A stretch of 40,679 bases of DNA from Campylobacterota bacterium. GTDB lineage: Bacteria > Campylobacterota > Campylobacteria > Campylobacterales > Sulfurimonadaceae. Below the pieces are notes generated by a model. The model searched no databases, was not told the origin of the DNA, and saw nothing but the letters and a program-made list of their open reading frames with translations. Where the stretch lies: positions 1 to 40,679 of the forward strand of contig JAYEHI010000050.1 of the NCBI GenBank assembly GCA_034659455.1. Reading direction: 5' to 3'. The translations under genes and the position numbers were made by a program. Positions 37,930 to 40,679 of the stretch are shown piece by piece (position 1 is the stretch's first letter; each line of letters starts with the position of its first letter).

Positions 37930-40679
37930 ATGCAACTAGGACTAAAAAACAGACTAAGACTGATAAGTCTTTTTCCAATTGTCATTTTATTCGCAATAAG
38001 CAGTTATTTTGTTTTCAACTCGTATGAAAACTACAAAGCGGCTCAGATTCTACAAGACAAGCTTTCCCAAAACAGGCAACTAAACGTTTTAATCAACAAT
38101 CTATCTCGTGAAAGAGGTATGACAGTAATGTACCTTGGAAACTCATCTCCAAATACACTACGCTCACTTGTTAAGCAAAGAAGCATCTTGGATAAGGTTT
38201 TTTCTTCTTATATGGGTCATATGCAAAATAGAGAGATTCAAACTGATGACCTAAATAGTACTCAGGATAACACACGCTTTCTAATTTCATCTTATGAGAA
38301 AATAAAGAAAACTAGAGCCTTAGTTGATGAACATCAAATCAACTTTAAAGATGTATATGAAGAAGTATACGGAAAGGCACAACAAAATGCCATTACACAA
38401 CTTGAAAGCATTACCACGAGTCAACTTGACCCAGAAATCAATACTTATGCTTCTGAATACATAGGCCTTATTAGAGCAGGCCAATTTACGTCTGATGAGA
38501 GAGATTATATCTCTTTTGCCATTGCACGTTCAACAGAATTCGAAGAAGAAGAGATTAATACATGGATTAAGCTTATTGCAAAAGCCGACTCTATAAATTA
38601 CGATACGATTAGAAACGATGCCTTAATTTCAAAACTCAATGGCGTTTTGAAAAATGAAGATATTGTAGAACTATTTGATGATATCAATATAGAGAGAACA
38701 GCCATTCTTTCTGTCGCAGCAAGTGGTGAGTATGAAACAAGCTCTGGAATTTGGTTTACTATGCTATCAGAAAAAACCAATGCTTTATCCGCAGCACAAA
38801 GCCTTCTTTTAACAGCTATGGATAACAGAGCGGTAACGGTAAAGTCTGATGCCCTTCAAGTACTTACAACTACTTTAACAGTTTGGCTGGTATCAGTAGT
38901 ACTCGCAATTTTAGGTTTTTTACTCTCAAATGAGATTGCGAGAAACATCAAAAACCTTGAAGAAGTACTTATGCGTGTTGCTGAAGATACTAATGAAGGG
39001 GAAGAGAGAACTGACATCAATCTACACACAGCTAAAGGTACCTCTGAAGCTTATGAACTTCTTGAGAGAATTATTGATCAAACAAGAGAAGATAAAATGT
39101 CTGCTCAAGAGGCGAGTGAAGCCAAATCAATGTTCCTTGCCAATATGTCGCATGAAATTCGTACACCGCTTAATGGAATTGTTGGATTTACTGAACTGCT
39201 TAAAGATACAGGTCTTGGAGAAGAGCAGACGGAGTTTGTAGAGATTATTGAAAAATCTTCTGAAAATCTTCTTGAAATTATCAACAATATTCTTGACCTT
39301 TCTAAAATCGAGTCTAATAAGCTTGAAATCGAGGACATTGCCTTTAACCCTGCTGAAGAGTTTGAGAGTGCTGTTGATGTTTATGCCGTTCGTGCAAGTG
39401 AAAAACATATTGACCTTGGTTGTTTCATTGACCCTGAGCTTGAGCATCCTATCAAAGGGGATCCTACTAAAATCAAAGAAGTTGTTATCAATCTCCTCTC
39501 TAACGCCGTTAAGTTCACAAGTAGTTCTGGTGCTATTAATGTTGATATCAGAAAACTTGACTCTGGTCAAGAGGGTATTACAAGAATTAGATTTGAGGTA
39601 CAAGATAGTGGAATCGGTGTAACTAGCGAGCAAAAAGCTAGAATCTTTGAAGCATTCTCACAAGCTGATACATCGATTACACGTAAATATGGTGGTACAG
39701 GTCTAGGATTAACCATTTCATCTAGATTTATTGAGTTAATGGGTGGACAACTAGATTTACACTCTGAGCCTGGAGAGGGGACAACATTCTTCTTTACAAT
39801 AGATTTTGAAGAGATTGAAACACTCAATGAGACTACAAAAGGAACATTCTCGAGTATTAATGCTCTTGTACTAGAATCTTCACATAAGACCAAACGCCAA
39901 GAGACTTACTTACGTGAATACCTTGATTTTTATGGAGTTAGCTATACCTCGTTTAAAGATATGAGTGAGCTTGAAACTCTTCAGCGCCAAGTAAGTTATG
40001 ACCTTATTTTTGCAGATTATGACTATGCAGATGAAGATACTTTAAAGAACTATAGTTCTCTATCTCAAGAGTTTATTCTCTTGACAAAATCATACTTTAT
40101 GAAGAAAATTGACTCTATGGGCATAGATATATTCAAAACCCTATATGAGCCACTCAACAACTCAAAACTAAAACAAGTTCTAGATAACTATCATAGTGAA
40201 AATTTCAGTGCAAAAAAAGCTAAGACGGTAAACCGAAAGAAATTTAATGCTGAAACATCAAAATTTCATGCTAATGTACTAATCGCTGAAGATAACATCA
40301 TTAATCAAAAACTTATCAAAAGGACTTTAGAAGATTTAGGACTCAACATTACTATAGCTTCAAATGGTCTCGAGGCATTTCAAAAACGTAAAGATGGAAA
40401 CTTTGACCTAATTTTTATGGATATTCAGATGCCTTTCTTAGATGGTATGGAAGCGACTAAGGAGATTTTAGATTATGAGGAAGACTACAATCAACCACAT
40501 ACCCCTATCTTGGCGCTTACCGCCAATGCCCTTAAGGGGGATAGAGAAAGATTTTTAGAAGCCGGTCTTGATGAGTACACAACCAAGCCGCTTGTTCGCT
40601 CTGAGATAATCTCTCTTTTAAATCACTTTTTAGCAGATCATATCGTTGAGAATGACAATATACCTAGCAGTGCAAGCGA
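37930..40679 (+). CDS. Hybrid sensor histidine kinase with NIT-like (nitrate/nitrite) periplasmic domain; partial, runs off the window end
   Basis: Manual translation from ATG 37930: MQLGLKNRLRLISLFPIVILF (TM1), LSRERGMTVMYLG and FTSDERDYIS (NIT-like motifs), TM2, FLANMSHEIRTPLNG (His 39151-39153), NLLSNAVKFT, DSGIG, GGTGLGL, a degenerate receiver, then a receiver with AEDN / DLIFMDIQMP / ALTANA / TKP. Missing from the ORF track. Confidence 0.93.
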   Translation, partial: MQLGLKNRLRLISLFPIVILFAISSYFVFNSYENYKAAQILQDKLSQNRQLNVLINNLSRERGMTVMYLGNSSPNTLRSLVKQRSILDKVFSSYMGHMQNREIQTDDLNSTQDNTRFLISSYEKIKKTRALVDEHQINFKDVYEEVYGKAQQNAITQLESITTSQLDPEINTYASEYIGLIRAGQFTSDERDYISFAIARSTEFEEEEINTWIKLIAKADSINYDTIRNDALISKLNGVLKNEDIVELFDDINIERTAILSVAASGEYETSSGIWFTMLSEKTNALSAAQSLLLTAMDNRAVTVKSDALQVLTTTLTVWLVSVVLAILGFLLSNEIARNIKNLEEVLMRVAEDTNEGEERTDINLHTAKGTSEAYELLERIIDQTREDKMSAQEASEAKSMFLANMSHEIRTPLNGIVGFTELLKDTGLGEEQTEFVEIIEKSSENLLEIINNILDLSKIESNKLEIEDIAFNPAEEFESAVDVYAVRASEKHIDLGCFIDPELEHPIKGDPTKIKEVVINLLSNAVKFTSSSGAINVDIRKLDSGQEGITRIRFEVQDSGIGVTSEQKARIFEAFSQADTSITRKYGGTGLGLTISSRFIELMGGQLDLHSEPGEGTTFFFTIDFEEIETLNETTKGTFSSINALVLESSHKTKRQETYLREYLDFYGVSYTSFKDMSELETLQRQVSYDLIFADYDYADEDTLKNYSSLSQEFILLTKSYFMKKIDSMGIDIFKTLYEPLNNSKLKQVLDNYHSENFSAKKAKTVNRKKFNAETSKFHANVLIAEDNIINQKLIKRTLEDLGLNITIASNGLEAFQKRKDGNFDLIFMDIQMPFLDGMEATKEILDYEEDYNQPHTPILALTANALKGDRERFLEAGLDEYTTKPLVRSEIISLLNHFLADHIVENDNIPSSAS

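Noticed and set aside
38598-39893. Several short ORFs on both strands in the ORF track
   Set aside because: They are shadows of the long kinase frame starting at 37930.
1-40679. CRISPR array, rRNA, long poly-G phase-variable tracts, selenocysteine read-through
   Set aside because: No regularly spaced repeats, rRNA-like sequence, long G/C runs or in-frame TGA in conserved genes were seen.

Overview
Mostly housekeeping chromosome from an AT-rich Campylobacterota bacterium; the Sulfurimonas-like assignment is my inference from gene content and protein style. The minus strand carries the blocks rplS-trmD-rimM-khpA-rpsP-(trx)-ffh-rluA-waaA-Zn ribbon-Nif3-TPR-M23-smpB-ispE-csrA-truB-uvrD, then cysK and its partners, tRNA-Leu(GAG)-atpE-(P-type ATPase)-pnp-PRTase-lptD-RDD-purD-6S RNA, and hemD-guaA-nhaD-nadB. 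The plus strand carries lysR, uvrC (mislabelled minus in the ORF track) and a signalling operon at the right end. That operon has a stand-alone Aer/CetB-type PAS protein, a very acidic PAS-like/Hpt/pseudo-Hpt protein, and a NIT-domain hybrid histidine kinase that runs off the window and is absent from the ORF track. The only clearly accessory DNA is an AT-rich islet of about 1.4 kb at the 3' end of tRNA-Leu. It holds a GGDEF C-terminal remnant and a Vsr/DUF559-like nuclease gene broken by two compensating frameshifts. Best candidates for new biology: the PAS-Hpt-NIT kinase phosphorelay, the islet nuclease, an SspB-like orphan protein, an AGGA-rich intergenic stretch and a long structured rpsP leader. 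All were found by eye and none was confirmed by a search.
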